From: Blasia pusilla
Taxonomy: Eukaryota
Assembly (NCBI GenBank): GCA_050084515.1
Contig: CM114271.1
Span: 26,412,001-26,476,000, forward strand
Direction: 5' to 3'
Length of the DNA stretch: 64,000 nucleotides
Part shown: positions 40,049 to 52,319 of the stretch, one piece after another
How positions within the stretch are numbered: the stretch's first letter is position 1
Layout of the letters: each line of letters opens with the position of its first letter
Position numbers and translations under genes: made by a program
The notes under the pieces: generated by a model
What the model was told of the DNA's origin: nothing
The model's database searches: none
Seen by the model: only the letters and a program-made list of their open reading frames with translations

Positions 40049-41130
40049 GTGGTACCTCATCCTTCCCAGCGAGCACGTGTAGTGCGACATGCCCATGAGG
40101 AGTTGGGATATTTTCGAGTAAAGCGTACTTACAACTTACTCCAGGTTCAGTATTGGTGGCGTGGCATGCATACTGGGGTAAAGCAATTTGTGGCCAGATG
40201 TATGGTATGTGACAGAGTGCGAGCATCCTTCATTGCTCCCACTCCGCAGTTACATCCTTTGCTGATTATGGGTTTAGGTTATCGGTGGAGTTTAGACTTT
40301 GCGGGACCTTTACCATTGACGGGGCGTCATCATAGGTACGTGTTGGTCATGGTGGAGCATTTCTCCAAGTGGATAGAGTTGGTGGCACTACCGGAAAAGG
40401 CAAGCGAGGGAGCAACTTATGCGTTTCTAGATCATGTGATTAGTCACTTTGGTGCGCCAACGAAGGTATTGATTGACCAGGGTCCCGAGTTCAAGGGAGA
40501 GTTTCAGGCCTTGTGTGGTCATGCGCTGATAGATCACTGCACCACATTCAGAGATCATCCTGAGGCGGATGGGTTGGCGGAGAGAGTGGTACACACGGTG
40601 AAGAGAGGATTACTCAAGTATGGCTTGCAGCAAGGACACTTGAGGGAGTGGGACCTACAGTTATCATGGTTGGCTATGGGTTATCGCTTTAGTTGGCATG
40701 CATCTTTGGCGTCATTTTCACCGTACTTTTTGCTCTCTGGGAGAGAGCCATATTTACCTGTAGCCATTCGACGTGACATGGCGGAGGTGTTAGATCTTGA
40801 TGATCCAGATGTGTGGGTACAAGCATGTTCTCAGAGGACGGAGGTTTTTCGTAGAGTTATGCCTATGGCCTTTGAGAACTTAGCTATTGCTCAGCATAGA
40901 GATACATTGAGGTACGCGACCATTCGTGGAGGAGGTTATCGTCCAGGGATTAGGAGGTTTCATCCTGGAGATTACGTGTATTTACAGTAGGCGGCACCCA
41001 CGACGCTAGATGTCACTGCAAGGCGCACGATCCTACGTGTGCGCGAGGTATTACCGACCGGAGTCCTCAGGTTGGAGGGACGGGATGGTATGGTTTGGAA
41101 GGATCATGTGCGCCATGTCATCTTCCGAAC
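40049..41130 (+). pseudogene. Gypsy integrase (degenerate HHCC plus DDE core)
   Basis: HEELG..YWWRGM..CMVC, WSLDFAGP, IDQGPEF, HPEADGLAERV, SPYFLLSGREP, FHPGDYVYL. Confidence 0.92.
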
Positions 41131-41179
41131 GTAGACGATAGTGGATCCGAGCTTGGCAGTGGTACCTGTAGGCTTGAGG

Positions 41180-41316
41180 TATATGTTGTGCGGATCTGCA
41201 AGGGATGGAGCCACCATGTTGGTATGTGATGGTTGTTCTCGAGGGTGGCATATGTCATGTCTGACCCCCCCCCTCTTGATGTGGTTCCCATGGGATGATG
41301 GATGTGTCCAAGATGT
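41180..41316 (+). pseudogene. PHD finger at the C-terminus of pol
   Basis: (Y<C)MLC...MLVCDGCSRGWHMSCLTPPL. After a 1-nt slip in the C-run near 41265-41273 it continues DVVPMG*WMCPRC, completing a C4HC3 pattern. Confidence 0.85.
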
Positions 41317-41399
41317 GTATAGGGTAGTAGGTCATGTCAGAGAGATATGATATTTTCTATCTTGAGTTTGGGGGATCCAACTGCCAACTAGGGGGTGGT

Positions 41400-42155
41400 T
41401 GTGTGATCTCCATGTATATGTAAGAGTTGATTTTTGTACATGTGTGGATCGACCCGTGTGTGGGGAAGATCGATGTTGTGTGGTGTGGATGTGACCAACG
41501 ATGTATGTTGTGTAGCGATATGTATGCACACGATAGCTGTCACATCTGAGTAGCCAGTAGGCCGAGATCTATCGTGGATAGGCCGTAGGAGCCAGCGGAC
41601 TATCTTGAGTGTAACTTTGTCCCACGGTGTCGGATGAGGTTGAGGATAGGTCCATTGTGTCAAGAACGTCGTTTCTGACAACTTTTATGTTGACGATTTC
41701 ACAGCCGGGTGACTTGTTGACCAGGTCACCCATCCCTGGTAACCTGTGCACGCAGGTTACCAAGGGGATGGCTATTTTTAGGGGAAGAGCCTTTTGGCTC
41801 TTTCCAACCCTATATAAGAGAGGAAGATGGCTTTCCTAAGCCATCTTTCTCATGTTGGGCCGTTGGAGCATCTCTCTTGTATGTGTGTGAGATAGGACTA
41901 GGGTGCTAGCATCCGGATTCCTTGATAGCACAGGGTGGACGAGGCTCGATATGCCGATGTAGATTGAGGAGTGGAGTTTTAGGACAGGTGTGCCATTTTT
42001 ACTACTCTTTATTTTTGTTGTGTGATCTCCATGTATATGTATGAGTTGATTTTTGTATATGTGTGGATCGACCCGTGTGTAGGGAAGATCGGCGTTGTGT
42101 GGTATGGATGTGACCAACGATGTATGTTGTGTAGCGATATTGTATGCGCACGACA
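41400..42155 (+). repeat. 3' LTR of the DNMT-Gypsy element, with ~136-bp direct repeats at both ends (41400-41535 and 42019-42155)
   Basis: Follows the PPT, starts TG and ends CGACA. Internal TATA-like CCCTATATAAG at ~41808-41818. Confidence 0.7.
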
Positions 42156-42269
42156 GAAGGAGTTGATGGATGGATGGAGGGTGGGGCGCATGAACACATG
42201 AGTTGAATGAATGGATTAAGAATGGAAAACAAAATTGATGGACGGATGGAAGATGGAAGGGATACGGAT

Positions 42270-42395
42270 AGAGGGTGCGGCACATAGATAGAAGTAACAG
42301 ATGGAGAGTGCGGCATATGGATAGAAGTAACAGATGGAGAATGCGGCACATGGATAGAAGTAACGGATGGAGGGTGCGGCACATGGACGGAAATA
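42270..42395 (+). repeat. 33-bp minisatellite (about 3.5 copies)
   Basis: Unit GATGGAGAGTGCGGCACATGGATAGAAGTAACA. Confidence 0.85.
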
Positions 42396-44668
42396 ATGGA
42401 TGGAGGAATAGATAGACGGATGGAAGATGGGGCACATGGTTGGATGAAAGTTTTTGTTATTTAGTCGATGTCATCAAATCAGTTGCCACGTCATCTATAT
42501 GATATGGCAGTCATGTTAATATGATTCATATTTTCAAGCCATGTCAGCAAACCATGCTAGTCATTCAAATTATGTGGAAAATATGACTTGAGTTTTGTGT
42601 CTCTACAAGTAACTCGTCATTTTTTGTCCTTCATGGTGATATATGACTCATATGAGTCATAAAACCAAGGATTTCTTCTAGTCACTTTAGATCACATAAG
42701 TTGGATCAATCTGAACCTCAATCAAATTTATTTTCTGCAACTAATAACCTAGCTACTGTTGTAGTTTTGTCTTCTTATTTTATTCCACCTATGAAATGCG
42801 TCCTTACGCTTTGTAGTCCAGCTTTTGTTACGACATCTCAGAAGTATGACGTTTCATACACCATTTCCAGCAATTTGAGCGTGTTTTGTGTAGCTTCCAA
42901 TGCATGTACCTTCATAATTATGTCTTTTAGTATTTATACGATGCTATCATTTTTCGGATCATCAATGAATTGCATATTTTTACTATTTTGGCTTATGCTT
43001 TATTATTTATATTTATGTCCATATGCGTGTCTTTTCAAATTTTGTACGCGTTGGCTGCTTCAATGCATTTCTTAAGTCTGATCTGTATAAGAGATTTTGC
43101 TATTGCTATATTTCATGGTTGGGCTATGTTGTGCAAAAAAATAGCGGGTTGCACACTCCACTAACAATGATTATCGGACACCCTTAAAGAAAAATGCCAC
43201 TCTTTTCCACAAGCAACATAAGAAGGAGAAGTTGAAGGAACATCCCAATCTTCTTGGACATGGTAACCATGGTACCATGTTGGTCCAAATTTCCTGCCGG
43301 GTATACCAGTTCATATTTTTGACGTTGTTGTTTAACTCAACTCTGTCAATCTAAGGTACGATACAACACATTGCGTGACGTATAGACATATATTAGCCAA
43401 GATGAATAGAGTCACATCACCACAATTGCAGAGGTTCGAGAACACATTGATACTATTTCACTTAGGCTTCTCAGCTTACGTAAGTACATTGTTGATAACT
43501 ACACAAAAGACACATCTATTGTTGATGAAGTTTTCCATTTGCAATTAGTTATTCATGTTTGTAAGTTGATTTAACTTGCCTCTCTGAATTCCCAGCTACC
43601 TCTTTGAGCTTGTATGTACAATGTAGAGTGCATCTATGCTTTTTTACTTATAAAGAGAGTACAAATGAACATGAATATGGTTAGCATGTTCTAGGCAGTG
43701 TTTCTTAAGGGTGTTTGAGTTTAGCATGGAAGAGACCTGCTACTTTTTTTTGTGAACCCACACTTGTCTCGGCAACTTTAGTATGCATGCCTCTACCAAG
43801 TTAACTAATTTTCAGTAACACACACAAAATTTTGTGGCTTTTCTATGTGAACTCACTTCCCACTACATTGTGGTTTTTGTTCCAATCCCATCTAATGTAT
43901 GTCTTTGGAGTCATAGCAAGAGCATAATGAATGAAGTGTATCAACTTAAGCTTAAATCTATATATGTGTATGATTCAAATCTTTCCCACGGTCTCAGCCA
44001 CTATGCACTTACTATTGTATTTTTCCACTTTGAATGTTTTAACTATACTGTTGTTGATCAAGCGTAAGTATACATCACTTCATTTGAGGCAACTGTGAAC
44101 AACAACGCCAATACATTGTTCATCGTTTACTCTCAGGAACAACAAGTTACACAAAATGTACCCTAGACAATAACTACAGAGAGTCACAACGAAGCCATTC
44201 ATATTGCAACGTGCACTATAACATTTGTATACTACACATTACTTGTTGAAATAACATTTCTTTTCAATGAAACCAATATATATGGGTATTGAATTATTTC
44301 AATACATACTTCAATAAAGAATTAGATTTCTTACTTTAGGCTAACAATAAATAATTACCCCACCTATCTTTATTTTAAAAGTATGGCGCTCATTTTTAGA
44401 TATTTATAACAAATGAAAATTGATATGTTTTAATACAATTACAACCTTTTGTTATCTATATTCTTATTGGAGAGTGCGTTCTTGATGTAATCACATATAT
44501 TCTTGCCATGTGACAACTGGGTAGCAAGAAAGTATTTCTCATACTATCGACAACAACAAAAATAAATTTAATTTGCGTGCGACATGATTAGTCCCTTCAC
44601 TCTCATGCATGACATGAGTTGTACACTAGTTTGAACTAATAGTTCCAACTAAGATTTTAGTTTCCACC

Positions 44669-45078
44669 TCCACCTCTATGTGCTATCTTATTCTCGTTGA
44701 ATTCACTAAACCACGTGGGGCCGCATACATATTCCGGCACTTTCATACACTTCCCATTTTTTCCCTCTCCATCTAGACAATCCACGTATTCACTAATTAC
44801 GTTCTCTCCCACCCCACTCAATGGGTGGTTTCAGTGGTATAGGCCCTTCCACAAGAAATTGAATATTTGGGTATCCACCTCTCTGTGCTATCTTATTCTC
44901 GCTAAATGCTATTACTTCACGAAACAACATGGGGCGGCATACTTAGTAGAGCACTCTCATACACTCCCCTTTTCCTTTCTTTTTCATCTAGATTATCCAC
45001 GTGTTCACTAATTACTTTGTCTCCCATCCCTCTCAATGGGTGGTTTTAGTGGCACCGGCTCTTCCACAAGAAATTGAA
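44669..45078 (+). repeat. ~205-bp tandem duplication
   Basis: TCCACCTCT.TGTGCTATCTTATTCTCG...CTCAATGGGTGGTTT..TTCCACAAGAAATTGAA occurs twice. Confidence 0.8.
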
Positions 45079-47570
45079 ATGAAATTCGCTGTAAAATCTA
45101 TATTACTAAGAGAGGATGGAATTTGAAAACCCTTCCTCTTGTAAATGTAAGACACATGTAAATTTTTGCCTCTCTAGTGCTAACACGTGTAGTGTTAAAA
45201 AGTCACTCATAGGTTTAGGTAACAAATGGTTTAACATATGATGATGTGCACTTTCAGTATACTAGTATTAAATTGGGAGGGTAGAGATGTCGCCGGGAGC
45301 TCGTCAAGCTACTTCGAGGTTAGGTCGAGTGAAATTGCTATGTGCTTCTGCAATGGAGTTCGAACTTAGTTTCCGTCCATGGTATTTGAATGCAACTGGT
45401 GCGTGACCCTGAGATTGCGACTTCGTGATGGTTTGGGGGAAATGGGGTGGCGAGTGGTCAGCCCCGGGGGTCTGGTCTCCGCCGACATGCGTGAGCTACT
45501 GTGAAAGAATGAGAAGCTTCGAAAGGAGCTTTTGTGTTTGCATTGTTTAGGTCTAGGTCTTTAGACAATTGCAAACACCGAATTGGCTGATAAATGAACG
45601 GGCCGATTTTTCGACATACCGGCCTCTAGCAATATCCACGACTCGCAGACACATCTGCATATCTACCAGAGAGAAAACCTGGACTGCTCCGATCCGAGAT
45701 GAAGACAGTCTTCTAAACGAGTGAAAACTGATTCTCGGCTCTCGAGTCAAAACCGATTCCGCGTCTTGATGATGTTCGAATTTTCTCTTCTTCGTGTGTT
45801 GTGAGATCCAAGGTACCGGTAGTCGGGAAATTAGGGCTTTGTAAACTTTTCAAATCACGATGAGTGCAGCGAAAGGATTGGAATTACACTGAAGTAAGGA
45901 CGTGCGGATATCGTCCACCTCGCGACAAGGGAAAGAAGAACCTCAGGACATTCCAAGCAGCCGATCGCGCATAGCGTCCGAGTGTCATATTCCCGCCAGA
46001 AGCGCACAAGCCGACGTATGTAACTTAGGCTCTCTCTGGTCTGTGTGAGTGGTGCATGATCGGAATAAGACTAAACGAGTGACATTCTCCAGGCATTCGT
46101 CGAATAATCTGACGAGGACACCACTAGGAATGCGATACCGCGCTGAAGTCCGCACTTGGAGCAGCTAATGACAAGCACAATTTTGCGAATTTGACGTTTC
46201 CCTTGGGATTTTGAGTCTATGGAGAAGCTGCATAGAGACTTGAAAGGAAAAGAGCGTTAGGAGAACCACTTCATAGATACTCCAGACCGCGCAATCGGTA
46301 ACGACAGCCCACGAGGTACTGTAGTTAACACCAGCCCCACGAGGTACGGTAGTTAACACCACCATAGAAACGCTAAACGTTATTTTAGAGCAGTCCAAAT
46401 TAGGAAATCAAACAGCAGATCCAAAGTTTCCCTTTCCACTTCTGAAAAGCGTGTCAAGAACTATTTGTTGTTGTTGTCGTATTGGCGTATGCCAAGTCTT
46501 TTGTTCTCTTAAGAACCTCGGTCGAAATTGCGGGAACGCAAGAGGCGGTTGGCTCCTCTTGGGGCCTGGGGCTGGGGTAAGGTGAAGTGTAGGATGTACT
46601 CTAGGCGACATCCGCGACGACTTCCTGGAGGAATTCGTGTCCGGCAAGCTGGACTGGTGACCGAGTCTGTGGAGAATTGGAAGGTGTGGGGTGGTGATAC
46701 TTCTGAGATTCGATCCGGGGTAGGAGGCGTGAGGAGAGGAGGTTGGTGTGACCGAGGAGATTGAAAGTTGGTTGATTGACGAAATGGTTGATTGCGGTCG
46801 GGGATTGCTGTGAATCCGACGTCCTAAACGGTAGTGAAGGAGGAGGACATACGGGGGCTGCTGCCATGATTCTACTCGCGCTGGAGGTTTAGACCAGGGA
46901 AGATGAAGATCGGAGTCGCTTGGGTTTTTGGGGTTGGATGTTAAGATGGGCCGGTAAAGTCGGATGTCACGACTCAACGTAAAGAGTTTCGTTTCCTTGG
47001 CACCAACTCCTGCGAATAGAACCACTGCTTATTTGATGGAGTCTCGGACATGTAGCACGGTGCTGGAGGAGAGGTCGTACATCATTGGTTTGGGTGTTGC
47101 TACATCCAATGATCGCCACGAACTTTGCAGATGATGTGAGCAAAGCGCCGATCCTTGCAGTGCCTTTGAACTGGACATGTGAGGATCGATTGGAAAGCAT
47201 ATGTGTTTTTGTTATCTCTCTTCGTGGTGCGTGTCTGAAGCGACCAAATAGACGATAGCAGAGTTAGCTGGATAGTACAGTAATTGCGGCAGCAAAACTC
47301 GTGCTGGTAATAGAAGGCGCAGACTCTTATCTTGCGGGTCATCATGGAGGACGGACGATCTTATTGAAATTGACTTCTTTGTAACTCGTATCTGAAGTGA
47401 TCTAGTTTGGATCTCTCTATTTCCCCGGTGCTCTGCGACTCAAAACCCCAATCAACGTTGAAATCACACGTCTAAAGGCACTTCCGCCGTTTAACAGGGA
47501 TTCGCCTAGGTCATCATTGACAGCATCAACTGCCCACGCTTTGAATCTACAAGGCGTGGAGGCGGCCACA

Positions 47571-49662
47571 ATGAGCAATGGTGCGGTTGAGTTCATGACA
47601 GGAGTGGGGCCTGGAAGTGTAGAATTGCAAGAGAGGAATCAAGAGGCGGATTATGTAAGATTAGGGCGCGCAGAAGATGACTTGGAAATTGAGGAATTTG
47701 AGATTTTGGTACCTGATGAAAATTACAAGTATAAAAGGTGGTGGTGGTGGTTCAAGGCTGTGAGCCTGGGTGTGATGATGCTGGCTGGTGGTGCGGCATT
47801 TGCTATCTGGGGTGTTCCATTTCTCCTCGATAAGGTTTGGCTTCAATTTGTTGCACCTACAACTTACCCTGTATAGTATTCTGTTGATTCTTTCCCAAGC
47901 TCGAGAAAGTGTCGGATCACAGAACAATCAAAATCTAATCTACGCGAGTTCCGTCTTGAGAGCAAATTTAGGGTTCGTATATGTGCCTTGGATGTCAAAG
48001 CAAAGTCGACATGGTTGAACCGTCTAATTTTATATCCTGAAAGGAAAATTAGCTCTGTGGAAACCAGCATCATGTATCTTAAGAAATGTGGGATCTCATC
48101 GACTTTAGTGTGATTACCAAAACCACCATCATGAATATGTTTTACCCTGAGATGTCTCCTTGTGGTCAGCCTTTCGGTGTTTTTTATGACCATGTTTGAC
48201 GTGTTGGAACAATCTGGCTGAGTGGTCATAATAGCAGAGGTCTGTGTCCCACAAAAATCTGGCATGTCCGGGGCTCGCAACACTGGTAAGCTGGATGCAT
48301 TAGACGTCCTAGACAAAGAGCAAGTAATTTTGATTCTTGTTGGTCACCAACGAAGTGTTTTGTGGACAATTCCATGCATCTATTTAAGGAGCTTGAGGTT
48401 CCCCTGTTGTGTTAGGAACACTGTCTCTTGGCTTACGTAGTGTCAGGTGATTACTGATTGTCGAATGCACAACTGAAGGTTCATGTCTCCATGATATTCT
48501 GCAGGTCGTCATCCCCATGATGGTTTGGGAAGCTACAAAATTCAGCAAACCGGTGTTGGCAATAGTTCTTGTTCTTTCTCTTGCTATCTTTCCGGTTTTC
48601 ATGTTCCCATCTGGACCATCAATGTGGTTGACAGGGATGATGTTTGGATATGGGAATGGCTTTATAATTATCATGGCTGGAACGTTTTTCGGTCAGACAA
48701 TTCCGTACTTTGTCGGTCGATGGCTGCTGCATGACAGAATACAGGTAAGTTGGTATCTGGAGCTGTCATGTGATTGTTTTTCAAGGGTTCTTTTACATCA
48801 AATGACTGTTTCTTTTAAGTGCTCAATGGGCTATTAAAGGGACATCTTGAGTTATATCGTTTTCTTGTATTTGCACGAGGTCTGTCAGTGTAGAGATTTT
48901 GGTATACGATTGACAAGAATGTTCGTTGAGCTCGTTAGTCACTAAATTCTTGACATGTGAAGTACTTGGTATTTTGCAAAGATTTTCTGGAGGGATTTCA
49001 TTCTGTTGTTGTTCACAGGAATTTCTGAGTAGATGGCCTAAGAAAGCGGCAGTGCTCAGGATAGCAGAGCAAGGAAGTTGGTTTCAACAATTCCGTGCTA
49101 TTGCCATTTTGAGAGTCTCTCCATTCCCCTATCCTTGGTTTAACTATGCCATCACTGGGACAAATATCAATTATGGCCCATACATTGCGGGCTCCATGGC
49201 AGGAATGGTGCCAGAAGCATTCATCACAATTTACAGGTCGGGTTGATTTTTCAATTCTTTTTAGGTGTTGAGTACATCTAGGTTCCACACCGTCCACACT
49301 TTTTCTTAGATTGATCGACATCTAGACATTGTTTCCTGACCAAGGCCGTTTTGGAAACATGCAGTGGAAGGTTGCTGAAGACTTTGGCCGATCTTAAAAA
49401 CAGAGAGCGGCCGGTTACTTGGCCAGAGATTATTTATTACATGGTGGGTTTTTCTGTAGCGACTACGATTGCAGTGACAGTCACCATATATGGTCGGAGG
49501 GCTCTACAAGACATGGAATTAAAGGAGGCAGCTGAAAGGGAAGCCTTGGAAGGGCAAACATTTGATCTGGAGGAGGTTCTGGATGAGAATGGAAACAGAA
49601 CATCAAAGTTGTCACCACCATCATGGGATGATGAACAAGGTTCTGATCCATCTTTTGGATAG
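47571..49662 (+). CDS. SNARE-associated Golgi protein / TVP38-TMEM64 (DedA superfamily) membrane protein. Exons: 47571-47834, 48505-48744, 49019-49236, 49365-49662
   Basis: Spliced frame with GT-AG sites: KRWWWWFKAV, LAIFPVFMFPSGPSMWLTGMMFGYG, GQTIPYFVGR, LRVSPFPYPWFNYA, GSMAGMVPEAFITIYSGRL. Confidence 0.9.
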
Positions 49663-51806
49663 GGGACTCGATTCTGAATGAGAGTGGAAACAGGATACTG
49701 AAGGTGTCACCACCATCATGGAATGGTGAACAAAGTTCTAATGACGACTGGGATTGCACCTGCAATTAAAGTTTCCCTATGGAACTCCATTGTCCTCACT
49801 AGGTAAATTGCCTTTACTTTCTGTTGTCAGACATCCCTGTAAGGGAGGACACAGGGCCATTTTTTTTCTAGAAAACTACCCTTTCAACACAGTGTAGATC
49901 ATTTACATAGAAAGAGCGCTCCTGAAGCAGTTGGATAGGTGAAGATTGACTGGTGTATTATAGGGCAGGATCAGTAGAAGAGTAATAATCTATGAAAAAG
50001 TCTAGTTAAGGCCACTAACCACTACATCACCTTGCGTCCGAATCTATTTTGAGAGCTCTCATGGTTCTTCTCGAATCCTGGCACATACACACCCATTGAA
50101 GGAGTATATTAGGAGACCTCTCATCGTTCGCCTTGAATACTAGTACATGCACGCCCACAGAAGTAGTCTTTTATGAGAGCTCTAATTGTTCTTCTTGAAT
50201 ACTAGTACGCCAACCGAGAAAGATTTTGGTTGCCACACAAAATCTTATCCGATTAAAAGACTGTCAAGAAAAGAAAGTAGATATGTAGGTCTTCAATTTA
50301 CAAGGTTTTAACTGAAGAGGAAAGGGAGTTCTTATGTTTTTGCGGAGTACTTATCTTGCCTTGCCAACGTAGACGGGCGGTCAGCCACGTCCAGTCTTCT
50401 TCACTAAGTTTTTCGTTTTCTTCGTTGGGAAAGATTTGCAAACACTTCTTTGTTTGACACATGATAATGAAGCCCCTAGCAAATGGTCATCCCACAGCAA
50501 AATGATTTGGGTGGCATGATTATTGGCGCCCAGGGAAGGCACTCGCCTCCTCGCCAGTTAAACAAGTGCAGCTGAATGAATTGTGCAAGTGGCCATTATA
50601 CGTAGTTGCCGAACTCCCATGGTTGCCCCAGTCTGCAAGGCTCGGAAGTTCTGCGTACGAAATGGCAACGGCCGTTCGTTTAGAATCAGATTGGGTGTGC
50701 GCTTCTGGCATCGATTTTCACGAGGGTCGTATGCGGCAGACAGCTGCAGAAACGATGGAAATCCACGAAGTCCACGACCACTGCTGTCGGTCGTCGGTAA
50801 TTCCATTGATAGGACATGGACACCACAAGTAGGGTTTCCATCTCGGTCGAAGGTCCTCGAAGACTGGCCCACGCCTGTGGGCCAGTCTAAAATTGGGCTT
50901 CTAGGGATTCCAATCGAACCGTCCTCGGAAGATAATCCCTCGCTCATTACGCGCAGGCATCGTCTTCTGGCGAGGACACCTCAGTCTCTATTCTAATGCC
51001 AGCGATGTCTGCTGGCGAGGAAGCGGTCGATCTCTTCCTTCACATCCTCTGACCCGTACCGGAACTTCCGAGTGTCCAGGGCACAGTCGTGCGTTGCGCG
51101 GAGTCGGTCATGGAGGACTCTCGAAGGACACGACCACTTTCTTCCCTCACCTCGTCGCCCCAATCGAAAGTCCTCAATGACTGCGGGTTAATTGAGGCAC
51201 GGCGGCGGAACAGGTGATCGAGTATTCTCGTCATCTACCAAGACGACGTCGTCGCAACACCAGCGACTTTATCATTTCCTCCCGTCTCTCGACATGACCT
51301 CGCGCTAACCAAGCTATGGAGAACTAGTAGGTATAGGTAGGTAGGTCGGACGGTCGGTCTTCGAGCGATCTCGCCACAATCCGAGAGTCCAAGGAGATGC
51401 CTACCACCCTCGACCTGAAGTATGCGATCTCGGGTCACGGGCTTTCGGAAACGTCGCGGTGCGAGCCTCCATGTCCATTCCGAGCGCGTGGGCAAATTCA
51501 TTCGTTCCTCTGCTCCTCACGGCGGACGATAGAATCCTGTTCAAATCAAGCAAGCAAGCAATTCTCGAAGGCCGTGGCACCACGACACAAGAGCGCCGTG
51601 TCCAAGAGGAGAGTACCCGCTTCGCAGCAATCCGCACCTCGCGCTCTGGACGCGCGATGGATGTATCGCTTCGCACAGCTCGCGCATGTTGGGAACGGTG
51701 TGCGAACCAACAACAACGGACGATGAAGCACACACAGATTCTAAGCAGGCTCGAATCGAAAACACTTCGGTCGCGCGCTGAAAGGTATGCCATTAGGTGT
51801 GCCCAG

Positions 51807-52132
51807 GCTTTATTACGAATAATTCGTTTTTTAGTATGGGACAGGTTATATTTTGAATAATTCGTTTTTTATCTGGGAGTGTACAACTCATTTTAATTGT
51901 TTGACAAAATAATTTAAGACTATGAAGGGAAAAGAAAATAAATTTTATAATTAAAAGAAGATGGGATTCGGGTTTTATTACCAATAATTCGTTTTTTAGT
52001 ATGGGACAGGTTATATTTTGAATAATTCTTTTTTTATTTGGGAGTGTACAACTCATTTTAATTGTTTGACAAAATAATTTACAGTAAAAGGGAAAGAAAA
52101 TAAATTTGTATAATTAAAAGAAGATGGGATTC
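51807..52132 (+). repeat. ~163-bp AT-rich tandem duplication
   Basis: AATAATTCGTTTTTTAGTATGGGACAGG...AAGAAGATGGGATTC occurs twice and is nearly identical. Confidence 0.9.
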
Positions 52133-52319
52133 TAGGAAATATTATTGTGTGTTGACATTTGTCTTGTGAGGGTTTTTATGATGTTGACACTTATGGAAGT
52201 TCAACTAAGAGGAAACAATTAAATTAAATGAGGAAGTGAAAGAAAAACCATAAACTTTTTAAAATTTGGAGATCACTCTAGTTTGTTCTTGTATGGAATT
52301 TTCTTTCTTTGGCAGATTT

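Larger units (their letters stand above)
33430..42155 (+). mobile_element. Decayed Ty3/Gypsy LTR retrotransposon: gag-PR-DNMT-RT-RH-INT-PHD plus 3' LTR; no 5' LTR recognised
   Basis: Domain order PR, RT, RH, INT is the Gypsy order. Purine tract AGGGGG at 41390-41395 precedes a TG...CA segment at 41400-42155. The left boundary is approximate. Confidence 0.9.
31389..42683. mobile_element. CACTA (EnSpm)-type termini enclosing the Gypsy element; no transposase seen
   Basis: Left TIR CACTAGAAGAAATATGTGGTTTT. The right end reverse-complements to GACTAGAAGAAATCCTTGGTTTT. Clusters of ATGAC/GTCAT subterminal motifs at both ends. Flanking 3-mers CCT and ACT (2/3 match). Confidence 0.65.

Noticed and set aside
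42270-42395. CRISPR-like array
   Set aside because: Head-to-tail minisatellite with no unique spacers, in a eukaryotic context.
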